The notes under the pieces are model-generated. The model was not told the origin of the DNA, searched no databases, and was given only the letters and a program-made list of their open reading frames with translations. A stretch of 64,000 nucleotides of DNA, taken from Chiloscyllium plagiosum. Taxonomy: Eukaryota. The position numbers and the translations under genes were made by a program. Shown piece after piece: positions 35,261 to 47,353 of the stretch. Location: the NCBI RefSeq assembly GCF_004010195.1, contig NC_057719.1, positions 30,501,054-30,565,053 of the forward strand, given 5' to 3'. How positions within the stretch are numbered: position 1 is the first letter of the stretch; the number at the start of each line of letters is the position of its first letter.

Positions 35261-37322
35261 GTCCTTGGACGTATTTTTCAGTGTGCAAAAAAGGAAAAAA
35301 GCAATGGTCTTCCATCAAAACTTAACAGGTCTGATGTACAAGAATCAGATGCTGAGTAAAGTATCTTTGTTTATTACAATAACAGGAAAGCAAACCTAAA
35401 ACATCAGTGCAGTAATGTTCTATTTCTGACGTTAGCCTCTTTTGACTGACATTTCCAATTTATTTGTTGAATACAGATCACTTTTTGAACGGTACCCATT
35501 CTCAATAAGTACTAGATTGGTACTTCCCAAATACTTTAATATTAAAATAATGAAAGTGTTCATTATATTTAGAGACTTAATATTTTGTGTTAAGGTCTAG
35601 AGATGTCTCATTCAGCATTAAAAGTGTTATTGCTTTAGTATCTTAGATTTTGATATTTTACATTTTTCTAGTATATAGCTTTCATTGATCTGCTCAAGTT
35701 ACAGGGGCCAACAAGTCATGTGAGAATACTACGTAAAATTTTCACGTTGGTACAAAATTAGAAAGTATTCCTCTTGTACAATGTAAACAATTTGGAGTAT
35801 ATTAAATTTGGGCAATATTAAAAAGGAATTATGTTGTTGAATTGCTGCATAATCAAAACTAAATGCAACAAAATGCTTGTACAATTATTAACATCAATTA
35901 ACAATCCCTTGTCACTCTTATTTTGATTCACAAATTTGAGTTTGCGACCTCCTGAAATAAATACACTCTGTAGAACTTCCTCCTCTGCAACATTAAAAAC
36001 TTCGATCAGCTGTTATCATCAACGGAAAAGGTTCCCACTGGGATTTTTTATGAAATCAGGGAATGATACAGTACAGAAGAAGGAGGCCATTCAGCCCATT
36101 GTGTCACACCAGTTCTTTCAAGGAACTCTCTAGTTAGTCCATACCCTTTACCCATATTTCTCATGTATTTATCCTATGCCCTTTGAATCCTACTACAGAC
36201 TCAGCATCTATCACCCTTTCAAACTGTGCATTTCTAATTCCTAACTTCCGTACTTAGTGCATAGTAAATGTTTATTTTGTCTCTGATTCTTTTGCTAATA
36301 CTTTAAACTGTTCCATTTTACAACCAACCTTTGAGCTACCACGAACAGTTTGTCTTCATATAGCCTACCTAAACCAGACAAAATTTCTCCTTTCTCTGGT
36401 TTAAGGATTTTTTTTGGCGTAAATTTAATCCCTTGAATCATTCCAGTAAATTTCTTCTCTAACCTTTCAAAACCTTACCAACTTTCCTGAAGTATGATGT
36501 CCAATTGGGATGGAAGTAGTATTCATGTTGTCAAAGAAGAAACTCTACATGCTATTTGCTCCTAAGGTAGATTAAACCGAATTAATCATCAAAAAATTGA
36601 GCAAAATAAAGGATTAATGAATACCAGTTGCTGTATGATTATCTCCCTTACTTGATTTAAAATTATAGGGCATTTCAGTCAAACGTATTCCCTTCTGAAA
36701 GAACAATAAAGTAACTGGATTGATCATGCACATAATCATTTTGTAACAATTAACTTTCTATTATGACTGCATTGAAACAATGGTTTGACTTACCTCATTG
36801 TAAAGATTTGAAGTTAAATCTACTTAGTATACCAATATACTGTATCGCAGAATAGGACACTCTAGGTTTACATCTGGTTTCAGCAAGTCTGCATGACACA
36901 GTTGGAGATAATGAATGGCCTTCACATTCTTCTTGGCAGCTGCTTATAGAGAACAGTATTTGTAAAATTCTAATAAAAAATAAAACACATCTGTGCAAGA
37001 CTCAGGAAGATGTGAGAGGTAGCTTTTGTAATGCAGCAGTCACTTACAATGAACTTGGATTAACGACTCATTTAGTCAAGATTAAAGTAATGCCTTAGTA
37101 ACTGTAGTAAAATATATACTAGATCTCAGAAATGTAGCATAAAACATGCACAGTGCAGAGGAGCATTGATTTTTCAGGGAAAATACCCAAAAATGTTTCT
37201 GTTGCAAACCTTTGTTATAGTCAATAACCAACTCAGCGGCAAGTACAGGCTTACATCACAAAGATCAAGAATTCTGTTATGATCCATGAATGTTAGCTGT
37301 GTAATTCAGAGAATTGCAAGCA

Positions 37323-37910
37323 CTACAAATTAATGCCATCATCAAAAGCTTTTTCTGAATCTTGACTTAATGTAGATCCATGCTGATCATATTCAAGTTC
37401 ACAGCTTTCCTTAACGTCAACAGTATGAAGAGACACCACAAGATTATCAACCTCTGTCAAATCTGTTGTTTCATCAAGATCAGTGCAACAGTCGGGGGAA
37501 TTGTATGGATGGTCCACAGACTGTAAATCATCAGGGTTTTCTTCACTATTTGTAAACAGGCAATGATCTTGTTCTGTGTGTAAAACATCCTGGATTTGCT
37601 CTCCATAAATTGCATCAAGGTATGTGGTTCCAGCAATGCTACGGTCATAACAAATACTTGCACTAGAATTCCCAAGCACTCTATGATTCCATGATTCTTC
37701 ATTTTCATTGTCAATTGAAAGGTTAACAATAGTACCAGTATCTTCCTTCCAATTCTGTGCAAACTTAGGATTTTCCAAAGAATCAGATATTTTTAATTCT
37801 AACAGTTTAGTATTTGTTAATACTGGTTCACAACCACTGGTCCTCCAGTCTTTTTCTGGTTTAAAGCCCAAATCTTCTTTTAAAGCATCCAGCATATGAC
37901 GTAATTTCTG
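37323..37910 (-). CDS. SPATA7: SPATA7 terminal coding exon: QKLRHMLDALKEDLG... acidic tail ...KAFDDGINL*
   Basis: Acceptor cttaattttgcag|CAG, phase 0, a 195-codon open frame ending in TAG. The start resembles human EKMRHLLHVLKVDLG. Candidate minus-strand poly(A) signals are ATTAAA (~36423) and AATAAA (~36271). Confidence 0.9.
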   Translation of the reverse strand, partial: QKLRHMLDALKEDLGFKPEKDWRTSGCEPVLTNTKLLELKISDSLENPKFAQNWKEDTGTIVNLSIDNENEESWNHRVLGNSSASICYDRSIAGTTYLDAIYGEQIQDVLHTEQDHCLFTNSEENPDDLQSVDHPYNSPDCCTDLDETTDLTEVDNLVVSLHTVDVKESCELEYDQHGSTLSQDSEKAFDDGINL

Positions 37911-38800
37911 CTGCAAAATTAAGACAAAGAAGTAGATTATCAATTTTAGTATTGAAAAATTTTAGATCTGTTTAATTTAGTAAAATAAACACATTAGCAT
38001 CTATATGGGGTGGGGTTTTATTGGGATGATGCTGGTCCTGACAAGCTAGAGTTCAAAAAAAACAATTCCTAGCAATTTCTGCTTTTGAAGCTGGAGTTAA
38101 TCCTGCCTCAGCTGTTTGGAGAGCACCAGTAACATCTTATATCCATTTTCCAGCTGAGTTGCTGTCAGATTCCTGACCTTCAAGAGCTGCAAGTCAATCA
38201 GAAGGCTAGCAGCTCTTCAGTCCCAGTTGTGTCGTTAGGAGCAGTGAAGCAAATGGAGTCAGAGGCTACTGTGCTCAGATAAAGAGGTCTCAGCAACGCT
38301 GTATGATGTTTGATGATGACAGGGAGTTGAATTGCCATGGGGCAGTATTTGCCACGGGGTCAGTATTTGCCACAGGAGATTTCTCTGTGAGCCAGAAATC
38401 ACAAATTAGGAGGCAATAGTCTCATTCCTAAACCCATAGGTAGGCTGCTAGATTTTAAAATGCAGTTTACAAATGTGGCAGAGCACCCATCTGCCACAAC
38501 AAAAATGCCAACAATGACAGGACAGATCCTTAAGTGGCCACAAACACAATTGGTCACTAGGAAGGAATGCCATTCTTTATGTTCCGTGCTGCTATCAGAA
38601 TATTGGGGTAGCAGAAAATTGAGGAACATGCAGACTTGCACCCTCTCCCAATTTTTTGTGGTCTTTCCTCCCCCTATATTGCAGCTTTCATAAAAGTCAA
38701 CCCACTGAATTAGCAGGTATAGGAATGTAATTAAGTGTGTTAAATGTTCCTTGACTAATTCCAGCAATTATAACTTCTAGATTATTACAAGATACTACTG

Positions 38801-39475
38801 GATGTAGGTTTGCTTGCTGAGCTGGAAGGTTCATTTCCAGACTTTTCATCACCCTAAGTAACATCTTCAGTGCGCCTCCAGGCGAAGCACTGTTCACGAT
38901 TCCTGCTTTCTATTTATATGTTTGGGTTTCTTTGGGTTGGTGATGTCATTTCCTGTAGTGATTTCATTACCTTTTTTTTCTCTGGGGTGGTAGATGGGGT
39001 CTAACTCGATGTGTTTGTAGATAGAGTTCCAGTTGGAATGCCATGCTTCTAGGAATTCTCATGCATGTCTCTGTTTGGCTTGACCTAGGATAGATGTGTT
39101 GTCACAGTCGATGTGGTGTCCTTCCTTATCTGAATGTAAGGATACTAGTGAGAGAGGGTCATGTCGTTTTGTGACTAGTTGGTGTTCATGTATCCTGGTG
39201 GCTAGTTTTCTGCCTGTTTGTCCAATGTAGTTTTTGTTACAGTTCTTGCATGGTAATTTGTAAATGACATTAATTTTACTTGTTGTCTGTATAGGGTCTT
39301 TCAAGTTCATTAGCTGCTGTTTTAGTGTGTTAGTGGGTCTGTGGGTTACCATGATGCCAAGGGGTCCGAGTAGCATCTGTAAGGGTGATGAAACGTCTGG
39401 AAATGAACCTTCCAGTTCAGTGAGCAAACCTACATCCAGATTCTAAACCTGAGCTATAAATCTTCTCAAGACTTA
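38801..39475 (-). mobile_element. Penelope (GIY-YIG) 3' fragment with an inverted pLTR at the other end and a 14-bp TSD
   Basis: NVIYKLPCKNCNKNYIGQTGRKLATRIHEH; inverted copies at 38798-38855 and 39382-39439; TSD ACAAGATACTACTG at 38787-38800 and 39476-39489. Confidence 0.9.
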
Positions 39476-39764
39476 ACAAGATACTACTGCTCAGGAAGTA
39501 GCATTGTAATATGTTAATTTTTCAATTTGCTTTCAAGAGGTATTACGAAGTGCTGTAAATAAACATCTTTATGAAAATTCAATCAAGAAAGTTTTTTTTA
39601 ATTAAAAAGAAAACAATTCTGAAGCTATAAAATTACATTCATATATTCAAAATGTAAGTTGGTTTCAATGTGGAGAATTAAAAAGAAAACACCATAAAAC
39701 ATCAGATACATGATCTTTGAATGTTGGTGCTTGTAAGATATATGATGTAAATTTAGTTGTTGTA

Positions 39765-40100
39765 ACAGCACGTTGGCTCAGTGGTTAGCACTGCTGCCTC
39801 TCAGCGCCAGGGACCCAAGCTCGATTCCACTATCGGGCAACTGTCTGTGTGGAGATTGCATTTTCTCTCCATGTCTGCATTAGTTTCCTCTAGGTGGTCT
39901 TGTTTCCTCCCATAGTCCAACGATGTGCAGGTTAGGTGAATTGGCCATGTTAAGTTGCCCATAGAGTTCAGGGATATACAGACTATGTGGATTAGCCATG
40001 GGAAATACAGGGTTACCGGCATAGGGTGGGGAGATGGGTCTGGAGAGGTGTGGACTCGATGGGTCGAATGGGCTGCTTCCACACAGTAGGGATTCTATGA
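39765..40100 (+). mobile_element. HE1/V-SINE
   Basis: tggctcagtggttagcactgctgcctc head; tail gggattctatgat. Confidence 0.85.
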
Positions 40101-40749
40101 TAAACTTTGTCATTCAGTAATGGCTAAAGTTAGAAAAGTTTGCACCAGGGTTGGGTTACATTAACAAATGAGCAATTGCATTCCATCAAATGTTTCATAG
40201 AATCAGCTTGGAACATTGACAAAATTCGAGCTTAACCTTAAGATCTGAATTTCCTTGATTTTTTGAACTAAAAATGGGAGTTAGGTCATTCTCATACCAC
40301 TCAAATAATGCAAATGTTCAGTGAATAAAAAGAACAAAGTAAAGCAACGGTATGACCAAAGTATATTGTGCATTGTGAAGAAATTATCTGATTTGCCCTC
40401 ACATTCTGCTGTAAATGCAGTGAAGGGCAATACTAACATTAGCTCCCTTAACATATGAACTAGATGTGGTTACATAGTACTGAAAGATTTAAAATTATTC
40501 CAGCTATGGTATCTACACATATATTGATATCACAGGCACTGCTGTATCTAGGCTAGTACTGAGCAATCCAATGACCAACTGTGTTGCATGTTTTCCTCGG
40601 CAGGTCATATTGCACATGCCCCTAGTGCAAAGGGGACTAAGACCTTTATACCTTCTGGTCACATGTTATGATACTGCGTTTGATATCAAGATCAAGTCTC
40701 TTAAAGGTATGTTCCATACTTGCTGTGAGACATGACCTTCTGTTATAAA

Positions 40750-42300
40750 CAACTGATAGGGAATGCAGACGATTGGAAAATTGCAAATGTATATACCCTT
40801 CTTCAAAATGTGAAGGAGTCAAAAAAATGCTAACAAAAAGCCAGTTAGCTTAACATCTGGCATTAGGAAAATGTTAGAGTCTATTATAAGGGATGCAATA
40901 GGTCTACATTTAGAAATACAAATTGTAATCAAGCAGAAGCAACATACCTGACAAATTTATTAGAACTCCTTGACGAAGTAACATGCAGGATAGGTAAAGG
41001 TGTAATATATTCAAAAGTCATTTGATAAAGTATTAGACAGAAAATTATTTAAGATGATAAGAAGGTATTGGAGGTCTTATATTGTCATGGATAGAGTACT
41101 ATTCAGAATGGAAACGTGTAAGTAGTAGGGTGCCTTAGGGATCAGTGCAGAGGCCACAAATATATGCAATATATACATTAATGACTTCACACTGAAAGTG
41201 AACATAATGTATCCAAGTGTGTGGACAACATAAAAATAGGTTGGAAAGCAAGTAGTAAGGATGCCACAAAGAATCTGCTGAGGGATTTAGACAGTGAGTG
41301 AGTGGGCAAAAGTCTGGCAGAGGGAATGTGGGAAAATGTGAGTTTATGCATTTGACAGGAAGAATAAAGAGGTGAATATTATTTAATGAGGAAAGATTGC
41401 AGAAAACTGCAGCACATAGAGATTTGGTGAGCTCATACATGAATCATAAAACGCTAGTAAATAAGTTTAGTAGGTAATAGGGAAGGCAAGTGGACTACTG
41501 GCTTTTATTTCAAAGGGAATTGAGTATAAAACAAGGAAGCTCTCGCTAAAATAAAAATCAGAATTGTGGATGCTGGAAATCTGAAACAAACAGATTGCTG
41601 GCAAAACTCAGCACATCTGACAGCATCTGTGGGGACAGTGGAGTTCACATCTTGGGTCCGGTGACTTTTCATCAAAATCTTACAAAAACTGCATAAGTAT
41701 GGTTTTGATGAAGAGTCATCAGACCAAAGATGTAAACTCCACTTTCTTCCCACAGATGGTGCCAGACCATACTTAGAATATTGTGAACAGTTTTGGTCCT
41801 TTTATCCAAAACAAAATTTATTGGTATCAGATGCAATCCAGAGAAGGATCATTAGATTGATTGTAGGTATGGGGGGTTTTACTTATGAGGAGAGATTGAG
41901 TAGGCTGGATTTGTATGCAATGGAGTTTAGAAGAATGAGGGAAGATCTTAATAAAATACAAAGGTTCTTAGGGACTTGACAAGGTAGAAGTGGAGAGGTT
42001 GTTTCTCCTTGAGGGACAGTCTAGGACCAGAGAGCATAATCTCAGATTAAGGGGTTGCCTATTTAAAACAGATATGAGGAGGAATTTCTTTTTTCAGAGG
42101 GAAATCTGTGGAATTCATTATCGTATAGAGCTGGGAAAGTTAGTTTTTTTAAGTGTATTCAAGGCTGAGATGGACAGATTTTTAATTAGTATGGGTATCA
42201 AAGATTATGAGGACAAGTCAAGGATTATCAGATCAACCATAATCTCACTGAATGACTCAACGGCCCTAACAGGTTATTTCTGCTCTGTGTCTTTTGGTCT
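40750..42300 (+). mobile_element. Old CR1 ORF2 3' half with a Penelope-derived fold-back at ~41547-41769
   Basis: gattggaaaattgcaaatgt, NLLE, RP.LEYC..FWS, RRMR.DL; inverted arms 41615-41678 and 41701-41768. Confidence 0.75.
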
Positions 42301-42769
42301 TACTTTTTCTTTACTTGATTTCTTCTTTCCTTAAACAGGACAAGCTTTTGATTTTGTAGGGATTGGCAGATTTTGTAATGAAATTAGTTATTAGCTACTT
42401 TGACATAGTGATACTTATTTCTCTAAACGGAAATACAGATAATTAAACAAAAAGGGGGTAGAAATTGGTTTCCTTTGCACCCTATCTTTGAGTTTCGAAT
42501 GTACTCAAAGCACACCAGTTAAGCAGTGAGTGGCCTGTTACTGCTATTCCCAGGGATTGGTCCTAATACTAAAATTGCAGCACAGAGTTTTCAGGTATTT
42601 AGTGTAAGCGTCTAAAGGTAGTTATTAACATATTCAAAGAGCTCAAAGCCCATTCAAAAACAGCTTTAGGTATTTTAGGCCTCGGGATTCTTCATCAGCA
42701 GCCAATTAAAGGCAAATCTTTTCTTTAAGAAATATCCAGCAGAATCAGGAGGAGAACTCCCAACTTCAT

Positions 42770-42985
42770 AGACATAAGAAAAATGCAACAAACATTACCC
42801 ACTGCTATATACAGCTTTATTTTGACTTCACAAAAGCCTTTGACTCTAAACAGCAAAATCTTTGGAATATTTGCTTCAAATTTGGCTTTCAATAGTTTTT
42901 TTTGCCATTCTCATCTTCTCCTCAATGTCTTGCAAGGCATGATCCTCACCAACATGAACAGCACAGACCCATTACAATGAACTGA
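42770..42985 (+). mobile_element. RTE-clade RT remnant
   Basis: PLLY.A..DFTKAFDS....LW....KFG pattern. Confidence 0.45.
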
Positions 42986-43764
42986 GCCTATTCTCCACAG
43001 TTTCAAAAAGTTAGAGGAGATCTCACTGAAACTTACAAAATTCGTACAGGGCTGAATAGAATAGATGTGTAATAAATCTTTCCCTTGGATGGTGAACCTA
43101 GAACTAGGTGTCCCACTTTAAAGATAAGGAAAGGCTATTTAAGATTGAGATGAGAAGGAATTTCTTCTGACGAGGTGGTGAACCTTTCAGAATTTTCTCT
43201 CCCTTCAAGACCTGTACAAGCCTAATCTTTGAACATGTTCAAGGCAGAAATCAATAAGATTTCTGCATACTAATAACATTGAATAATTTCGGTATACAGA
43301 GGCTGAATGGATTACACCTGCTCCTATAACCTATGCTTTTTCTCAGAAAAAATAAGAAAATGAACAAACTGCTGAGAAAGCTATGGTCCTTGTTCAACCT
43401 ACTCTCACAGCACAAAACCTCTCTATTGACCAACATCAATGATGAGATCTTGAAAAACAGACCATTTTCCATATACTGGGAGCTTCTTTTTAACAAAGGT
43501 GAATATAGTGAATATATACCCTGTTTCTTCTCATATGATAACCCTGCCATCCCAGGAAACAGTCTGGAGAATCTTAGCTGCATTTCCTTTCCTTTCCTAG
43601 GTATGTAGACCAATACTACATACAATACTTCAGGTAGATGGAAAATAAATTCATTATCATCTCCAAAGTGCTCAGTCTTCAGTTGACTGAGGAAAAGCAT
43701 TTGAGAGTGAGAATTTCAAACTTTGAGACAGTCATCAAACCATAGAAAATAAAAGTATGGTACA

Positions 43765-44052
43765 TCCCACCATGGCTGATGGTGGAATTTGAAATTCAAT
43801 AAAATTTGAATTCAATGAATGTGGAATTAAAAGTTAGCCTAATGGCACCAGGTACCCTTTGCCAATTGTCATGAAAACCCATCTAGTTCAATAATGTCCT
43901 ATAGGGATAAAAATCTAACACTGATACCTGACTTAAGACATAAGTCTTTAGGCCCACAGTAATGTAGTTGATTCGGAACTGCCTTCTGGGTAATTTAGAG
44001 TAATAACTGCTGACCTAGCAGCGACACCCATATCCTTTGAATGAATAAAAAT
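43765..44052 (+). mobile_element. SacSINE1-like Deu-SINE (body and LINE tail)
   Basis: cccaccatggctgatggtggaatttgaa...cccatctagttca..aatgtcct...aatgaataaaa. Confidence 0.7.
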
Positions 44053-44064
44053 TAATTTTTAAAA

Positions 44065-44950
44065 GTTGGGTATTGGGCTCATTGAGCTGCTCTACCATTC
44101 AATATGGTCCTGGTTAAACCTCTATTTCAATGTCATATTCACGCTTTCTCCCTAAATTCAATGACTTGGCCTCCATAGCTTAATATGGTAGTGAATTTCA
44201 TAGGTTCATCACCTCTGAGCAAAAAAAAGTTCTCCTCCTGAGACTGTGGCCTGTTGTTCTGGACCTCTCCCTCAAAAAGGAAAACATTAGCCTGAATCTA
44301 GTATTTAAAGCCTTGCCTGAGTTTGATACATTTCAATAATAGCTACACTTCTAAACTCCAGTGAATATATACCCTGTTTCTTCTCATATGACAACCCTGC
44401 CATCCCAGGAAACAGTCTGGAGCATCTTAGTTGTATTCCCTCTATGACAATTATGTCCTTCCTTTCCTAGGTATGTAGACCAATACTGCATACAATACTT
44501 CTGGTGCGGTTTGAAGTAAGGCTCTGTGCAGCTTCAGCAAGAAATCCTTGCTTTTGTACTCAAATTCTCTACCAATGAAGATAAATATACTACTTGCCTT
44601 CTTAACTGCTTGCCACACCAGCATCTTGCTTTCAGGTGACTGGTGTACAAAGAAAATCAGGTACCTTTACATATCAAAATTTCCTAATCCATCACTATTT
44701 AAATAATCCTCTGCCATTCTGTTTTTCCTACTGAAGTGGATAACTTCACACTTATCACACACTGTAAGCAAATTTTGCCACATATTTGTCCTCTCATTCA
44801 ATTTGTCTAAATTGCCTTCCTGACTCTTTACATCCTCCTCACCATTCATAATCCCATATGTTATCTACAATCTTGGAAACATTTCAGTTGATATTCTCAT
44901 CCAAATCATTGACATATATTGTGAAAAGTTGGAGCCTAAGCATTGATCTC
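44065..44950 (-). mobile_element. Old CR1 3' fragment
   Basis: actgcatacaatacttctggtgcggt, aagtggataacttcacactt, tcatccaaatcatt. Confidence 0.7.
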
Positions 44951-45347
44951 TAAAGTTACGGTTTACTCTGCACTCCTACATGGATAACTCAGGGGTATAA
45001 GAATTTCAGGAACGCAAATTTCAAAGGAATGAGAAATAAATTGACCACAATAGTCTAGACTTAACTGTTAACTATAGAAAACTTTAGACTAACATTAGGA
45101 TGTATTAAAAAAATTTTGTACCATTGCTACATACTAAGTATACACTCCTAAAAAGCAAAGTGGACACTTGTAGTTCTGCAGCCATCATTAATAAATGAGG
45201 GAAGAGTCAGTAACAAGCTAAAATAACAATAAGTGTAAAAGGAAAGATGCAATCCAGTAGATTAGTAAAGCCATTAAAAAAAAACAAGGGAGGAGAAAAT
45301 TAAGAAATAAGGTGCAGAAAAAGAACCAAACATAATTTGGTAAAAAG

Positions 45348-45587
45348 GGTAGCATGGTGGCTCAGCAGTTAGCAGTGTTGCCTCCAAACACCAGGGACCC
45401 GAGTTTGATTCCACCCTCGAGCGACTGTTTGTGTGGAGTTTGCACGTTCTCCCCAAGTCTGCATGGGTTAGCCATGGGAAATGCAGGGTTACAGGGATCG
45501 GGGAGAGGAGGTAGATCTGGGTGAGATGCTCTTTGGAGGATTCAGTAGGATGAATGGCCTGTTTCTATACAGTAGGGATTATATGAA
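45348..45587 (+). mobile_element. HE1/V-SINE with an internal deletion
   Basis: gcatggtggctcagcagttagc head; tgtggagtttgcacgttctcccc core. Confidence 0.75.
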
Positions 45588-45700
45588 TTCAGACTCTGGC
45601 CTTTTTAAATTCCCAGTCTAAATTGTGTGGAGACAGCCTAGGATAGTGTTCCTGGCACACATGTTCAAACCCCATCACAGTTGTTAAAACTTGAATTCAT

Positions 45701-45936
45701 AGAACATAGAACAATACAGTGCAGAACAGGCCCTTCGGCCCTCGATATTGCGTCGACCTGTGAACTATTCTCAGCTCGTCCCCGTACACTATCCCAAAAT
45801 CATCTATGTGCTTATCTAAGGATTGTTTAAATCTCCCTAGTGTGGCTGAGTTGACTACATTAGCAGGTAAGGCATTCCAAGCTGTTACCACTCTCTGCGT
45901 AAAGAACCTGCCTCTGATATCTGTCTTAAATCTATC
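45701..45936 (-). mobile_element. CR1 3' end with TSD AATTCAT
   Basis: (CATAGAA)2 tail; AATTCAT at 45694-45700 and 45937-45943. Confidence 0.8.
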
Positions 45937-46359
45937 AATTCATTAATTAAATCTGGAACTATCTGGGCATGGTGTAGAATCTTGCACTGAATAAAACAAT
46001 GTTTTGCATATATAGAAAATCTGTGCAACCTTTGTAAAATCTCATACCACACATCACACGGAATTACCTCTTCCAGATCTCCTCCTAGACAGCTTTAATA
46101 GAATCAAGTTTTTTTAACTTGTAATGAAAACATAAGAGTTGAATAGCATGCTGACAAGTTGTCATGGATCACGTGTGTTTATTTCATTGAAATACAGTGA
46201 GTAACTAATAGCTTCTGTAGCCTAGGATTGTCTTAATACTAATAGCTATAGAGGAGAAAGGAAAATAAACAAGCATATGAAACCTATAGATTTTTTGCCC
46301 TTTTGATAAAACATCATTGTATGTTTTAAGAATATTGACACCTGGAGGTATATACTCAC

Positions 46360-46417
46360 TTCATTTAGTCGATGTCTATTTTCTTCTATACGTCGTTCAA
46401 ATATTCTTTCCAAAACA
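46360..46417 (-). CDS. SPATA7: SPATA7 coding exon (58 nt, phase 2->0): VLERIFERRIEENRHRLNE
   Basis: Acceptor tgtttattcag| and donor GAA|gtgagt. Resembles human FLERLFERHIKQNKHLEE as recalled. Confidence 0.92.
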
Positions 46418-46609
46418 CTGAATAAACAATGAAAATACCTTATGTTAATTAAGATCTGTGTTTTATCACCCCTGATTCAATCTGAAATTATTTACAACAT
46501 TTTAAGTTAAAAGGTGATTTTAACACCAAGTTTTATTTTAAAAATATTAAACTAGCTGAACTAGATGAAAAAATTAATTACTATCCTGTTTTAATATCAA
46601 TGCTGAATT

Positions 46610-46921
46610 TTTTTTTCTTTATTCAATCACATGATATGGGTGTCGCTGGCTAGGCCATCCCTAATTGCCCAGAGGGCAGTTGCTAGTCAACCACATTGCT
46701 ATAGGTCTGGAGTCACATGTATGCCAGACCAGGTTTCCTTCCCAACCAGATGGACTTTTCCTGACAACTGACAATGTCATGGTCATCATTGGGTGCTCAA
46801 TTCCAGATTTTCATTGAATTCAAATTCCACCATGGCAGGATTCAAACCCAAGTTACCAAAACATTACATGGGTCGCCTGATTAATAGTCTAGTGATAACA
46901 TCACAAGGCCATTGCCTCCCC
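46610..46921 (-). mobile_element. SacSINE1-like Deu-SINE
   Basis: Reverse complement of the head (ggattcaaaccc...aggccattgcctccc), body and tail. Confidence 0.75.
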
Positions 46922-47264
46922 ATTGTACACATTGGGACATTTTACAAGGAAGCTTCCATAAATGCTATTGAAACAAAGCTACTTGTTACAAGTTTAATGT
47001 TCATTTATCAATAGTGCAGTACTTTTCACTTGATTGATGTCAGAAATGCTGCAATTCATGAGTTGTTGTTTCTCTTAGTCTTACTGCTACATTGGCATAG
47101 GCGATGTGGCTGGCTTAAAGTTAAAAGAATTCTATCACCAGGTATCCAAAGTGTCCATCTTATTCAGGCTATCTGTTTAGAAATGGAATTGTGGTCTTAT
47201 GATTATTTTCGCTGTAAAATTTTACTGCTGTGTATAGCAGTCTTTCCAATACTTGGTACTTCAA

Positions 47265-47353
47265 GAAGAAGGGTTTATGCCCGAAACGTCGATTCTCCTG
47301 TTCCCTGGATGCTGCCTGACCTGCTGCGCTGTTCCAGCAACACATTTTCAGCT
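47265..47353 (+). mobile_element. Short Penelope pLTR-derived insertion, near-identical to 2254-2344, hammerhead missing its first CU
   Basis: gaagaagggtttatgcccgaaacgtcgattctcctgttccctggatgctgcc...cagct. Confidence 0.85.

Noticed and set aside
1..36000. Expected neighbour PTPN21 (tail-to-tail with SPATA7 in human, from memory)
   Set aside because: I found no phosphatase motifs such as HCSAG or WPD; it is presumably outside the window.
38005..38705. Possible Harbinger-type MITE with a small tandem duplication at 38339-38373
   Set aside because: The terminal inverted repeats are too degenerate and no TSD could be established.
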